A DNA stretch of 64,000 bases from NCBI GenBank assembly GCA_045862955.1, contig BTVI01000005.1, positions 39,765-103,764 on the forward strand, in the 5' to 3' direction. A model generated the notes under the pieces. It saw nothing but the letters and a program-made list of their open reading frames with translations. It was not told the DNA's origin and did not search any database. Position numbers and translations under genes: made by a program. Shown piece by piece: positions 8,400 to 18,066 of this stretch. Position 1 is the first letter of the stretch. Every line of letters starts with the position of its first letter. Origin of the DNA: Fimbriimonadales bacterium (GTDB lineage Bacteria > Armatimonadota > Fimbriimonadia > Fimbriimonadales > JABRVX01).

Positions 8400-9461
8400 C
8401 TACTGTGCGGCAGCGGCGAGAAGCTTGGCTTGGTGATCGGCGATGAGGGCGTCGCAAAGGGGCTGCAGGTCGCCGTCCATGATGCCTGACAGGTTAGTGA
8501 TGGTCAAGTTGATCCGATGGTCGGTTACGCGGTTCTGGGGGTAGTTGTAAGTGCGTATCTTGTCGCTCCTATCACCGGTTCCGATGGCAGCCTTTCGGGA
8601 GGCGTCGGCCGTGGCGGTCTGCGCAGCCAGCTCGCGTTCATACAGCTTCGCGCGCAGTACCTTCATCGCCTTGTACTTGTTTTGTGCCTGCGAGCGCTCG
8701 TCCTGACACTGCACCACGATGCCCGATGGCTTGTGCACCAAACGGACTGCCGTCTCGTTCTTCTGCATGTGCTGCCCGCCCGCGCTGCTCGCACGGAAGC
8801 TCTCCCACTCGATATCCGCCGGATTGATCTCGACGTCCACCTCATCGGCCTCTGGGATCACTACCACGCTGGCAGCGCTGGTATGGATGCGTCCGCTGCT
8901 CTCGGTGGCGGGGACCCGCTGCACTCGATGCACGCCGCTCTCGTGCTTCAGCTGGCTGTATGCGCCTTTGCCCTCGATGTTGAAGGTGATCAGGCTTGCC
9001 CCGCCCATGTCGGACTCTTCGTAGTCCACCAGTTCGGTCTTCCAGCCTTTGCGTTCGGCAAAGCGGGCGTACATGTTGTACAGGTCTCGCGCAAAGAGGG
9101 CAGCTTCCTCGCCGCCGACCCCCGCACGGATCTCGATCACGACGTTCTTTTCGTCGTTCGGATCCTTGGGTAGCAGCATGATGCGCAGCTTGTCCTCGAA
9201 TTCTGCGATCTGGGCGCGGAGCCGGTCCACCTCGTCGAGGGCCATGTCCCTCATCTCGGGGTCATCCACCAGGGCTCGCGCCTCGGCGAGCTGCTCGTGG
9301 GCCTCTCGATAGGCGCGATACACGCCGACGATGTCCTCCAGCTCGGCCCGGATCTTCCCTAGCCGCTGCAGTTCCTTGGGGTTCGAGGCAACGTCCGGGT
9401 CCGCCAGCAGACGCTCTGCCTCTTCATAGCGCTCTTCTACCTGTTTCAGCTTGTCTAGCAC
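8400..9461 (-). CDS. prfA: Peptide chain release factor 1
   Basis: HESGVHRVQRVPATE (PAT specificity motif), GGQ, CQDERSQ and IRTYNYPQNRVTDHRI. Confidence 0.97.
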   Translation of the reverse strand: MLDKLKQVEERYEEAERLLADPDVASNPKELQRLGKIRAELEDIVGVYRAYREAHEQLAEARALVDDPEMRDMALDEVDRLRAQIAEFEDKLRIMLLPKDPNDEKNVVIEIRAGVGGEEAALFARDLYNMYARFAERKGWKTELVDYEESDMGGASLITFNIEGKGAYSQLKHESGVHRVQRVPATESSGRIHTSAASVVVIPEADEVDVEINPADIEWESFRASSAGGQHMQKNETAVRLVHKPSGIVVQCQDERSQAQNKYKAMKVLRAKLYERELAAQTATADASRKAAIGTGDRSDKIRTYNYPQNRVTDHRINLTITNLSGIMDGDLQPLCDALIADHQAKLLAAAAQ

Positions 9462-9548
9462 GAGGATAAGGATACCAGCGGGAACCGGTCCTCTTTGTGG
9501 AGTAGTATCCGCATTGGGCTGTTCCCGGTTGCCCGCTGGTGCAGATGT

Positions 9549-10400
9549 ATGGTCGAAGTGTGCCTTCTTGCCGCGCTGTCTCCCATAGTTGCTGAGCCTG
9601 TAGAGATCGTTCGTAGCTTTCGGCAGGGCGAGAAGGCTTCATACGTGGTCACCCGCAAGCAGAAGGATGCGGACGCCGTGATGAAGGGCTCGGGAGGCAC
9701 CTGGCGCGTGGACCTCGAGGTGCTGTCGGTCCGCCCGGACGAGACCAAGTTGCGGCTGACTCGGACCACGGTCAAGCTGGACGCCGAGGGCTCGCCAGCG
9801 CTTAGCGACGATTTGCTGCAGCAGATGAAGCGTTCCTCTCAGGTTCAGGTGCTGATTCGCAGCGACGGCAAGCTGGAGGTAACGGGCGACACTGCGGCGC
9901 CCGGGGGCTTCGAGGGCTGGATGCAGTGGTACCGGGACGTGATGCTCTCCGCCCTGCCTCCCAAGCCGGTCGAGCCTGGCGATACGTGGGACGAGCCGTA
10001 TCCCGTCGTAGACCTTTCCCCCGCCCTGCGCCCGGTTGGCGCTCCCAAGATATCTTACAAGTTCGAGGGGATGGAGGACCTCGCGGGACAGCCGAGCCTG
10101 AAGCTAGGCGCAGTGACTGCACTCGACCAGGTCAGCGATGCGGGGCTGGGGGGTGAAAGGCCGAAGATAGACCTTCGTATCCACCGTGAGCTGCGCTACA
10201 CGATGTGGTTGCGCCCTGCCGATGGCCGACTGCTGAAAAACACGGGCACGGAGACCCTCACGCTCGAGTCCAAGTCCCCGGAGCTGCCTTTCCGTCACAG
10301 CTTTACCATGACCTTGGAGGTACTGCCTCTGCCTGGGGAGGCAAAGCGCAGTATGCGAGTGCTGTGGATCCCCTTTGCGGTAGTCGCCTACTTGGACTGA
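9549..10400 (+). CDS. Hypothetical exported beta-rich protein (DUF6263-like), related to the 30.3-33.2 kb cluster
   Basis: Signal-like start, VEIVRSFRQGEKASY, LPPKPVEPGDTW and W...DGRLLK shared with the paralogs. Confidence 0.6.
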   Translation: MVEVCLLAALSPIVAEPVEIVRSFRQGEKASYVVTRKQKDADAVMKGSGGTWRVDLEVLSVRPDETKLRLTRTTVKLDAEGSPALSDDLLQQMKRSSQVQVLIRSDGKLEVTGDTAAPGGFEGWMQWYRDVMLSALPPKPVEPGDTWDEPYPVVDLSPALRPVGAPKISYKFEGMEDLAGQPSLKLGAVTALDQVSDAGLGGERPKIDLRIHRELRYTMWLRPADGRLLKNTGTETLTLESKSPELPFRHSFTMTLEVLPLPGEAKRSMRVLWIPFAVVAYLD

Positions 10401-10413
10401 AGGGAGTAGGTAT

Positions 10414-12354
10414 CTAGAGCCCGACCTGCTCGAGGGAGTAGCACTCGATGAGGTCCCCTTCGGCGTAGCCAGTGAACCCTTCGAGCTGAATACCGCACTC
10501 GAAGCCCGCCGCCATCTCCCGCACGTCCTCTTTGACGTGCTTTAGCGAGGCGATAGAGCCGTCGAACAGGGGCTCTTCGACACCCGGACGTCGGACCCGA
10601 GCACGGGCGCTGCGCAGGATCTTCCCTTCTGTCACGTAACACCCAGCGACGGTATAGCCTTTCGAGAGCTTGAAGACCTTTCGGATTTCGGCGACCCCGT
10701 GGAGCACCTCCTCGAACTTCGGAGCGAGCAGGCCCTTGGCGGCCAACTCCATATCTTCCAGTAGCTCGTAGATGATGCTGTACTGGCGCACGTCTATGTT
10801 CTGGTCCTTGGCCGCCCTCTTGGCTCCCGGCTCGATGCCGGTGTTGAAGGCGACGCACACCGCTGATGCGGCGCGTGCGAGAAGAATGTCGTTTTCGGTG
10901 ATCGAGCCGACGCCTTGGGATATCACCTTGACCTTGACGTCTTCGAACTCGAGTTTGTTGAGCTGCTCGGCGATAGCCTCGACCGAACCGCGCACGTCGG
11001 CTCGAAGGATGATGTTCAGCTCTCTAGTCTCGCTCTCGGCCATGGAGCGGAGGAGGTCCTGGAGGCTGGCCCTGTGGTGGGGTGTGGGTGCCATGCTCTG
11101 CTCACGAAGGGCCATTTTCACCTCTTCGGCCTTCGCGCGCGCCTCGCGCTCGTTCTTACAGGCAACCACCTTGTCTCCAGCGTTTGGCGGTTCGGAGAGG
11201 CCGAGCACCTCGACCGGAGTGCCGGGACCCGCCTCGGTCACCGTCTTGCCTTCGAAGTCGCTCATCGCCCGCACGGTGCCGTATGCTCCCGACACCTGAA
11301 TGGCATCGCCTCTCCGAAGGGTGCCCTCGTGGACGAGAATGGTGGCTACGGGCCCCCGCCCCTTGTCCAACTTGGCCTCGATCACCACCGCGTCGAGTGG
11401 CGCCTTGGGGTCGGCCGCGATCTCGGCCATGTCGGCTACCAAAAGGATCATCTCGAGCAGGTGGGGGACGCCGTCGCCCGTCAGTGCCGAGATGTTGCAA
11501 ACAACGGTCTCGCCGCCCCAGTCTTCGGGCACGAGGCCATGCTCCGTGAGCTGCTGCTTCACGCGCTCGGGGTTCGCGTCGGGCTTGTCGCACTTGTTGA
11601 TGGCGACGATGATGGGGACGCCGGCACTTTTCGCGTGGTCTATGGCCTCGCGGGTCTGCGGCATGATGCCGTCGTCGGCGGCAACCACCAAGATTGCGAT
11701 ATCGGTGACCTGAGCGCCTCGCGCACGCATGGCGGTGAAGGCCTCGTGGCCGGGGGTGTCCAGGAAGGTGATCTTGCGCCCCTCCGCCTCCACCTGGTAG
11801 GCACCGATGTGTTGCGTGATGCCGCCCGCCTCCCCCGCGGCCACTGCGGAGTGGCGGATATGGTCCAGAAGCGTGGTCTTGCCGTGGTCTACGTGGCCGA
11901 GGATGGTGACGATGGGTGGGCGAGGCTGTGCACCCGTCTTCGGCTTAGGCTTGTGAGCGGCGGGCTTGGGGGGGGCAGCGGGGGTGGTGCCCTCGTCCCA
12001 CTCCAGAATGTAACCGAGTTCGTCGGCGAGCTGCTCCACGACCTCCGGCTTGAGGCGTTGTGTCAGGCCGACCAAGAGGCCGTCCTGCATCAGCCGCTTT
12101 TGCAGTTCTTCCGGCTTGGTGTCGAACACCTTGGCGAGGGAGCGCACCGTCTGGTTGGGCTTGACGTACACGCGGTCGTTGTCGAAGGATTCGTCCTGAA
12201 CGAGTTCCCTGGCGGCCTCGATCACGTCCTCGGACAGCTCGGGGTCGTCGGTCTTGACTTCGACCCCGACCTGTTGCAAGACGCGAAGAAGCTGGTGCGG
12301 CAGGATGCCCAGTTCTTTTGCCAGATCACTCAGTTTCAGTTTGGTTACCGCCAA
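10414..12354 (-). CDS. infB: Translation initiation factor IF-2
   Basis: [46 protein letters not shown] and NKCD. TTG start after GAGGTG. Confidence 0.98.
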   Translation of the reverse strand: MAVTKLKLSDLAKELGILPHQLLRVLQQVGVEVKTDDPELSEDVIEAARELVQDESFDNDRVYVKPNQTVRSLAKVFDTKPEELQKRLMQDGLLVGLTQRLKPEVVEQLADELGYILEWDEGTTPAAPPKPAAHKPKPKTGAQPRPPIVTILGHVDHGKTTLLDHIRHSAVAAGEAGGITQHIGAYQVEAEGRKITFLDTPGHEAFTAMRARGAQVTDIAILVVAADDGIMPQTREAIDHAKSAGVPIIVAINKCDKPDANPERVKQQLTEHGLVPEDWGGETVVCNISALTGDGVPHLLEMILLVADMAEIAADPKAPLDAVVIEAKLDKGRGPVATILVHEGTLRRGDAIQVSGAYGTVRAMSDFEGKTVTEAGPGTPVEVLGLSEPPNAGDKVVACKNEREARAKAEEVKMALREQSMAPTPHHRASLQDLLRSMAESETRELNIILRADVRGSVEAIAEQLNKLEFEDVKVKVISQGVGSITENDILLARAASAVCVAFNTGIEPGAKRAAKDQNIDVRQYSIIYELLEDMELAAKGLLAPKFEEVLHGVAEIRKVFKLSKGYTVAGCYVTEGKILRSARARVRRPGVEEPLFDGSIASLKHVKEDVREMAAGFECGIQLEGFTGYAEGDLIECYSLEQVGL

Positions 12355-12628
12355 TATTCACCTCGTTTTCCCAGGTCGCCACGAACTCCTCGATAGCATT
12401 TTTGGCTACCGAGCGGCGAAAGGCTCGTTCGAACCTGCCGCGCTTCGCAGCAGCTCGCGCGCACGCTGCGCCGCACACGTAAGCGCCTCGGCCGGGCAAG
12501 CGGTTGCGCTGGTCCCGCCGAAGCCGGCCTTTCGGGTCGAGGGCCAGCCGAACCAGATCGCCTTTTGCAGCCTTGCGCGCACAGCCCACGCAGGTGCGGA
12601 CCGGTACATGACTTCTGCCGTCGCCCAT
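12326..12628 (-). CDS. ylxR: YlxR (RnpM) family RNA-binding protein
   Basis: PVRTCVGC...LVRL...PGRGAYVC...C...RAFR, directly upstream of infB. Confidence 0.88.
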   Translation of the reverse strand: MGDGRSHVPVRTCVGCARKAAKGDLVRLALDPKGRLRRDQRNRLPGRGAYVCGAACARAAAKRGRFERAFRRSVAKNAIEEFVATWENEVNIGGNQTETE

Positions 12629-12769
12629 CTCGCATCCGTTCGCGCCGCTGCGCGGCACACGATCCCGGGATAACGCATCATTATACCCGCGAACGCCCGG
12701 CGTCCCGGCTTCGAACCTGGGCCCCGATGGCCGAGCCCAATCCTGGGGAAGGCATAATAGCCCTTAGGT

Positions 12770-15700
12770 ATGAGTTCCCTGTTCCTAGAGACGCTGCAGA
12801 AGCGCTTGCTGATTTTCGACGGTGCGACCGGTACATCGCTGCAGGCCGCGGGTCTAACGGCTGCCGACTTCGACGGTCTGGAAGGCTGCAATGAGATACT
12901 GAATGCTACTCGGCCGGACGTGGTGGCATCTCTAGCACGGGGGTATTTCGAGGCAGGCGCCGATGCCGTGGAGACCAATAGCTTCGGTGCAAACTGCATG
13001 AACCTGGGCGAGTACGGCATTGCCGACAGGACGCGCGAGCTGAGCAGGTTGGCCGCGTCCATAGCGAAAGAGGTGGCAGCCGAGTTCTCGACACCTGATA
13101 GGCCACGGTTCGTGGTCGGCTCGATGGGCCCTGGGACGAAGCTGGTCACGATGGGGATGATCGGCTTCGACGAGCTGCTCGCCAGCTATCGTGAGAACGC
13201 ACTGGGGCTGATCGAAGGCGGCGCCGACGCACTGATGATCGAGACGTGCCAGGATCTGCTGCAAGCCAAGTGCGCGGTGATTGCGGCATGCGAGGCCTTC
13301 TCGGAGTCGGGTGGCAAGCTACCGCTCATCGTCTCGGTAACCATGGAAAGCAACGGCAAGATGTTGCTGGGCACCGAGATCGGCGCGGCGCTAACAACCC
13401 TAGAAGCGTTTCCGGAAGTGGATGTCATCGGCCTGAACTGCGCGACCGGGCCGCAGGAAATGGTAGCGCACGTTCGCTACCTGAGTGCGCACTCACAGAG
13501 GCCGATCAGCGTGCTTCCGAATGCCGGGCTTCCGCAAATGGTGGATGGCAAGGCACACTATCCGCTATCCCCCGAAGAGCTGGTGGAATACCACTCGCTC
13601 TTCGTGCACGAGTTCGGGGTGAACATCGTAGGTGGTTGCTGCGGGACTACCACAGAGCACATCCGTGCAGTGTCACAGGCATTGGCGGGTGCGATGCCCG
13701 CAAGGCGTAACCCTCACCATGTCCCCGCGTGTGCGAGCCTGTATCAGCAGGTGCCCTATCAGCAGGACACTAGCTTCTTGATCGTGGGTGAGCGGACCAA
13801 CGCCAATGGAAGCCGAAAGTTCCGCGATCTCCTGCTGGCAGGGGACTGGGACGAGATGGCGCAGATGGCACGCGATCAGGAGCGCGAGGGCGCACACGTG
13901 CTCGATGTGTGCATGGCATACGTAGGGCGAGACGAGGTCGCGGATGCAACCACACTGATCCCTCTTATCAATCAGCAGGCCACCATTCCGATCATGATCG
14001 ACTCCACCCAGCCCGAGGTCATGGAGGCGGCGCTAAAGCTGATCTCCGGCAAGCCTATCGTGAACTCGGTGAACTTGGAGGACGGTGGCGAGCGTCTGCG
14101 CAGAGTGCTGGCCCTGTGTCGTAGGTACGGTGCAGCAGTCGTAGCACTCACGATTGACGAAGAGGGCATGGCGAAGACCGTAGACCACAAGCTGCAAGTA
14201 GCCGAGCGGCTGCACCGGATCGCCACACAGGAATTCGGCATTGCACCCGAGGACATCTTCTTCGATGCGCTGACATTCACGCTGGGCAGTGGGGATGAGG
14301 AGTTTCGCGGGGCGGGCGCTAATACCATAGCTGCAGTGCGTGAAATCAAGAGACGCTGGCCGGAGTGCAATACGCTGTTAGGTGTCAGCAACATCTCCTT
14401 CGGTCTGAAGCCTGCTGCGAGGGTGGCACTCAACTCCGTGTTTCTTCACTATGCGTTGGAAGCAGGCCTGGACGCTGCCATCGTTCATGCGGGCAAGATC
14501 GTGCCTTTGAACCGCATTGACCCCGAGGTTCGGGAGATCGCCCGACGTCTCATCTTCGACGAGAGGGTGGATGGTGAGGACCCGCTGCACGCCCTCATGG
14601 CACTCTTTCGTGAAGACGTTGCGGTCGAGCCGACCACCGAGGACCTAACCGCCCTGCCTATCGAAGAAAGACTGCAGAGGCACATTGTGGATGGTGTCAA
14701 GACGTCGCTCGAGGCATCGCTCGATGAAGCGCTCACGACGTACGAACCGTTGGCTATCATCAACGAGATTCTGCTGCAAGGGATGAAGACGGTGGGCGAG
14801 CTTTTCGCCTCGGGCGAGATGCAACTGCCGTTCGTGCTACAGAGCGCCGAGGTGATGAAGCGCGCAGTGACATACCTGCAGCCCAAGATGCAGAAGGTCG
14901 AGGGGGCTTCTCGGGGCAAGCTGGTGCTAGCGACCGTCGCGGGAGACGTTCACGACATCGGCAAGAATCTCGTGGACATCATCCTTAGCAACAACGGCTA
15001 CGAGGTGGTCAATCTCGGTATCAAGCAGCCCATCGCGAACATCCTCAAAGCGTACGAGGAAACGGGCGCGGATGCGATTGGGATGAGTGGCTTGTTAGTG
15101 AAGTCCACGCTGATCATGCGCGAGAACTTGGAGGAGATGAACCGCCTCGGATTGTTCAGTGCGCCTGTGCTGTTGGGTGGAGCTGCGTTGACACGTAGCT
15201 ACGTGGAGAATGAGCTACGTAACATCTACCACGGCAAGGTGTTCTATGCGCAAGACGCATTCGAGGGATTACGCCTGATGGACGAGGTGATGAAGGGACC
15301 TGCCGCGATGGAGGAGCTGTATCGCAGGTCTGCCCCCACGACGCACTCGGAAGTCAGGCTGCCAACGGCGACAGCGGGCACGACCGACACTCGACGCAGT
15401 GACGTGTCCCCCGATGTGCCTATTCCCGAACCGCCGTTCTGGGGCGTCCGTGTGGTCGACGACATAGATGTGTGGGACGTGTACCCCTTCGTAAATTCCG
15501 AGGTCGCTCTGTTTCGCGGGCAGTGGCAGATGCGCAGAGGCAAGCTGACGAAGGAGGAGTTCGAACGGCTACTAGAAGAGGTTGCACGCCCGACCTACGA
15601 GCGACTGAAGAAGCAGTGTGCAGAGGAACGACTGTTAGTGCCGAAGGTGGTGTACGGGTATTTCCCGGCCCAGTCCGAGGGTAACGACCTGATCGTGTAC

Positions 15701-16219
15701 CACGAGGATCGCAAGACGGAACGCCTGCGGTTCACGTTTCCTCGGCAGGCGTCGGATCGCAGGCTCTGCTTGGCGGACTTTTTTGCTCCCAAAGACAGTG
15801 GCCGAATGGATGTCGTGTGCTTCACCTGTGTAACGGTGGGCAGCCGCATCTCCGAGTACGAGAGAGAGCGGTTTGCCGCAGGAGACTATCAGGAGTACCT
15901 GTACCTCCACGGCATGGGAGTGGAAGTTGCGGAAGGCTTGGCCGAGTACTGGCACAAGAAGGTGCGAGAGGAGTTGGGGATCGCAGACAAGGATGCCAAA
16001 GAGATCCGACTGCTGTTCAGCATGAGCTACCAGGGGGCACGCTATAGCTTCGGCTATCCGGCATGTCCGAACCTGGAGGACCAGCGGCTCTTGTTCGAGC
16101 TGCTCGACCCCAGCCGCATCGGGGTGGATCTGACCGAGGAGTGTCACATGGTGCCGGAGCAGTCCACGTCTGCGATCATCTGTCATCACCCGGAGGCTAG
16201 GTACTTCAACATCCGGTAG
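12770..16219 (+). CDS. metH: Cobalamin-dependent methionine synthase
   Basis: GLNCATGP, GGCCGTT, GERTNANGS, GDVHDIGKNLV and RYSFGYPACP motifs; 1149 aa. Confidence 0.97.
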   Translation: MSSLFLETLQKRLLIFDGATGTSLQAAGLTAADFDGLEGCNEILNATRPDVVASLARGYFEAGADAVETNSFGANCMNLGEYGIADRTRELSRLAASIAKEVAAEFSTPDRPRFVVGSMGPGTKLVTMGMIGFDELLASYRENALGLIEGGADALMIETCQDLLQAKCAVIAACEAFSESGGKLPLIVSVTMESNGKMLLGTEIGAALTTLEAFPEVDVIGLNCATGPQEMVAHVRYLSAHSQRPISVLPNAGLPQMVDGKAHYPLSPEELVEYHSLFVHEFGVNIVGGCCGTTTEHIRAVSQALAGAMPARRNPHHVPACASLYQQVPYQQDTSFLIVGERTNANGSRKFRDLLLAGDWDEMAQMARDQEREGAHVLDVCMAYVGRDEVADATTLIPLINQQATIPIMIDSTQPEVMEAALKLISGKPIVNSVNLEDGGERLRRVLALCRRYGAAVVALTIDEEGMAKTVDHKLQVAERLHRIATQEFGIAPEDIFFDALTFTLGSGDEEFRGAGANTIAAVREIKRRWPECNTLLGVSNISFGLKPAARVALNSVFLHYALEAGLDAAIVHAGKIVPLNRIDPEVREIARRLIFDERVDGEDPLHALMALFREDVAVEPTTEDLTALPIEERLQRHIVDGVKTSLEASLDEALTTYEPLAIINEILLQGMKTVGELFASGEMQLPFVLQSAEVMKRAVTYLQPKMQKVEGASRGKLVLATVAGDVHDIGKNLVDIILSNNGYEVVNLGIKQPIANILKAYEETGADAIGMSGLLVKSTLIMRENLEEMNRLGLFSAPVLLGGAALTRSYVENELRNIYHGKVFYAQDAFEGLRLMDEVMKGPAAMEELYRRSAPTTHSEVRLPTATAGTTDTRRSDVSPDVPIPEPPFWGVRVVDDIDVWDVYPFVNSEVALFRGQWQMRRGKLTKEEFERLLEEVARPTYERLKKQCAEERLLVPKVVYGYFPAQSEGNDLIVYHEDRKTERLRFTFPRQASDRRLCLADFFAPKDSGRMDVVCFTCVTVGSRISEYERERFAAGDYQEYLYLHGMGVEVAEGLAEYWHKKVREELGIADKDAKEIRLLFSMSYQGARYSFGYPACPNLEDQRLLFELLDPSRIGVDLTEECHMVPEQSTSAIICHHPEARYFNIR

Positions 16220-16249
16220 TTCCTCTGGCGATCGTGTGACCCTAACCAC

Positions 16250-17940
16250 TTCGCATGGATGGGTCGGGGAGGGCGTGCAGCCGTCCGGAACCGTCATGCT
16301 GAGCCTGTCGAAGCATGCGCCCTTGGGTGCCAAGGCCAACGAGTGAACTCGAGGACGTGCGGCTGGCGGGGTCTGGGAGGGCGTGCAGCCGTCCGGGACC
16401 GTCATGCTGAGCCTGTCGAAGCATGCGCCCGTGGGTGCCAAGGCCAACGAGTGAACCCGAAGACGTGCGGCTGGTGGGGTCATGCTTCGACTGGCTCAGC
16501 ATGACGAAGGGTGTGGTATGACATCGGGTCGGCATGGCGTGAGGTCCTGCATGGCGAACGGTTTGCTATTGGCGGCAGGCTTGGCATGGTCACAGGTTCG
16601 GTATGGCGTCGCCGGTGATCCACCCTCTGAGCGTTGATGGCTCAGGGAGAAGGAAGCACCGCACCCGGGGCGCGTCCCAAACCGTCATGCTGAGCCTGTC
16701 GAAGCATGCGCCCGTGGGTACCAAGGCCAACGAGTGAACTCGAAGACGTGCGGCTGGTGGGGTCTGGGAGGGCGTGCAGCCGTCCGGGACCGTCATGCTG
16801 AGCCTGTCGCAGCATGCGCCCGTGGGTGCCAGGGCCAACGAGTGAATTCGAAGACGTGCGGCTGGCGGGGTCATGCTTCGACAGGCTCAGCATGACGGAG
16901 GGTTCAGCGTGGCGATCCAAAGACGTGCGGTCGGCGGGGTCATGCTTCGACAGGCTCAGCATGACGAAGGGGCTGGTATGACGACGGGTCGGTATGGCGA
17001 CAAGCTCAGCATGGTCACAGGCTTGGCATGGTGGCAGGTTCGGTATGGCGCCGCCGGTGATCCACCCTCTGAGCGTTGGTGGCTCAGGGAGAAGGAAGCA
17101 CCGCACCCGGGGCGCGTCCCAAACCGTCATGCTGAGCCTGTCGAAGCATGCGCCCGTGGGTACCAAGGCCACCGCGTGAACTCGAAGACGTGCGGCTGGT
17201 GGGGTCATGCTTCGACAGGCTCAGCATGACGAAGGGTGTGGTACTGGCGACAGGCTCAGCATGACGAAGGGTTCAGCGTGGCGATCCAAAGACGTGCGGT
17301 CTGCGGGGTCATGCTTCGACAGGCTCAGCATGACGAAGGGGCTGGTATGACGACGGGTCGGTATGGCGACAGGCTCAGCATGACGGAGGGTGTGGTATGA
17401 CATCAGGTCGGCATGGCGTGAGGTCCTGCATGGCGAACGGTCTGCTATGGGCGGCAGGCTTGGCATGGTCACAGGTTCGGCGTGGAGATTCGAAAACGGG
17501 CGGTCAGCGGGGTCATGCTTCGACAGGCTCAGCATGACGAAGGGTGTGGTATTGGCGGCAGGCTTGGCATGATCACAGGTTCAGCGTGGCGATTCGAAGA
17601 CGTGCGGCTGGCGGGGTCATGCTTCGACAAGCTCAGCATGACGAAGGGTGTGGTATTGGCGACAGGCTCAGCATGACGAAGGGTTCAGCGTGGCGATCCA
17701 AAGACGTGCGGTCGGCGGGGTCATGCTTCGACAGGCTCAGCATGTCGAAGGGGCTGGTATGACGACGGGTCGGTATGGCGACGGGCTCAGCATGACGGAG
17801 GGTGTGGTATGACATCAGGTCGGCATGGCGTGAGGTACTGCATGACGAAGGGGCTGGTATGACGACAGGCTCAGCATGGTCACAGGTTTGGCATGGTGAC
17901 AGGTTCGGTATGCCGTCGCCGGTGATCCACCCTCTGCGCA
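16250..17940. repeat. Large mosaic array of CGTC-tagged REP-like palindromes in both orientations, with segmental duplications and a ~17-bp minisatellite
   Basis: About 13 full copies of CGTCATGCTGAGCCTGTCGAAGCATG (+ near 16292, 16400, 16683, 16791, 17125; - near 16481, 16872, 16941, 17206, 17310, 17514, 17617, 17722) plus several half copies, between convergent genes. Confidence 0.93.
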
Positions 17941-17968
17941 TGGTGAGGAGTAGCAGCGCGGCGTAGGA

Positions 17969-18010
17969 AACCCTCACCCCAACCCTCTCCCTTTCAAAAG
18001 GGAGAGGGAG
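17969..18010. repeat. CCCTCACCCC..CCCTCTCCC/GGGAGAGGG palindrome
   Basis: AACCCTCACCCCAACCCTCTCCCTTTCAAAAGGGAGAGGGAG, downstream of the secretin gene. Confidence 0.8.
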
Positions 18011-18066
18011 GGGGAGCCCCTCCCTCTGCAGCGGTGTCCACAATGATGGCTAACGCATGCGCGGAC

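Noticed and set aside
10915..12396. 493-aa plus-strand ORF, and similar long antisense ORFs such as 28718-29914
   Set aside because: Shadow ORFs opposite infB and lon, typical of high-GC DNA.
12660..12769. SAM or cobalamin riboswitch upstream of metH
   Set aside because: The spacer is short and lacks recognisable S-box or B12-box consensus.
16250..17940. CRISPR or guide-RNA array interpretation, and ORFs containing MLSLSKH / CFDRLSMT / MLRQAQHD
   Set aside because: Orientation is mixed, spacing is irregular and spacers are duplicated. The ORFs are translations of the repeat in several frames on both strands.
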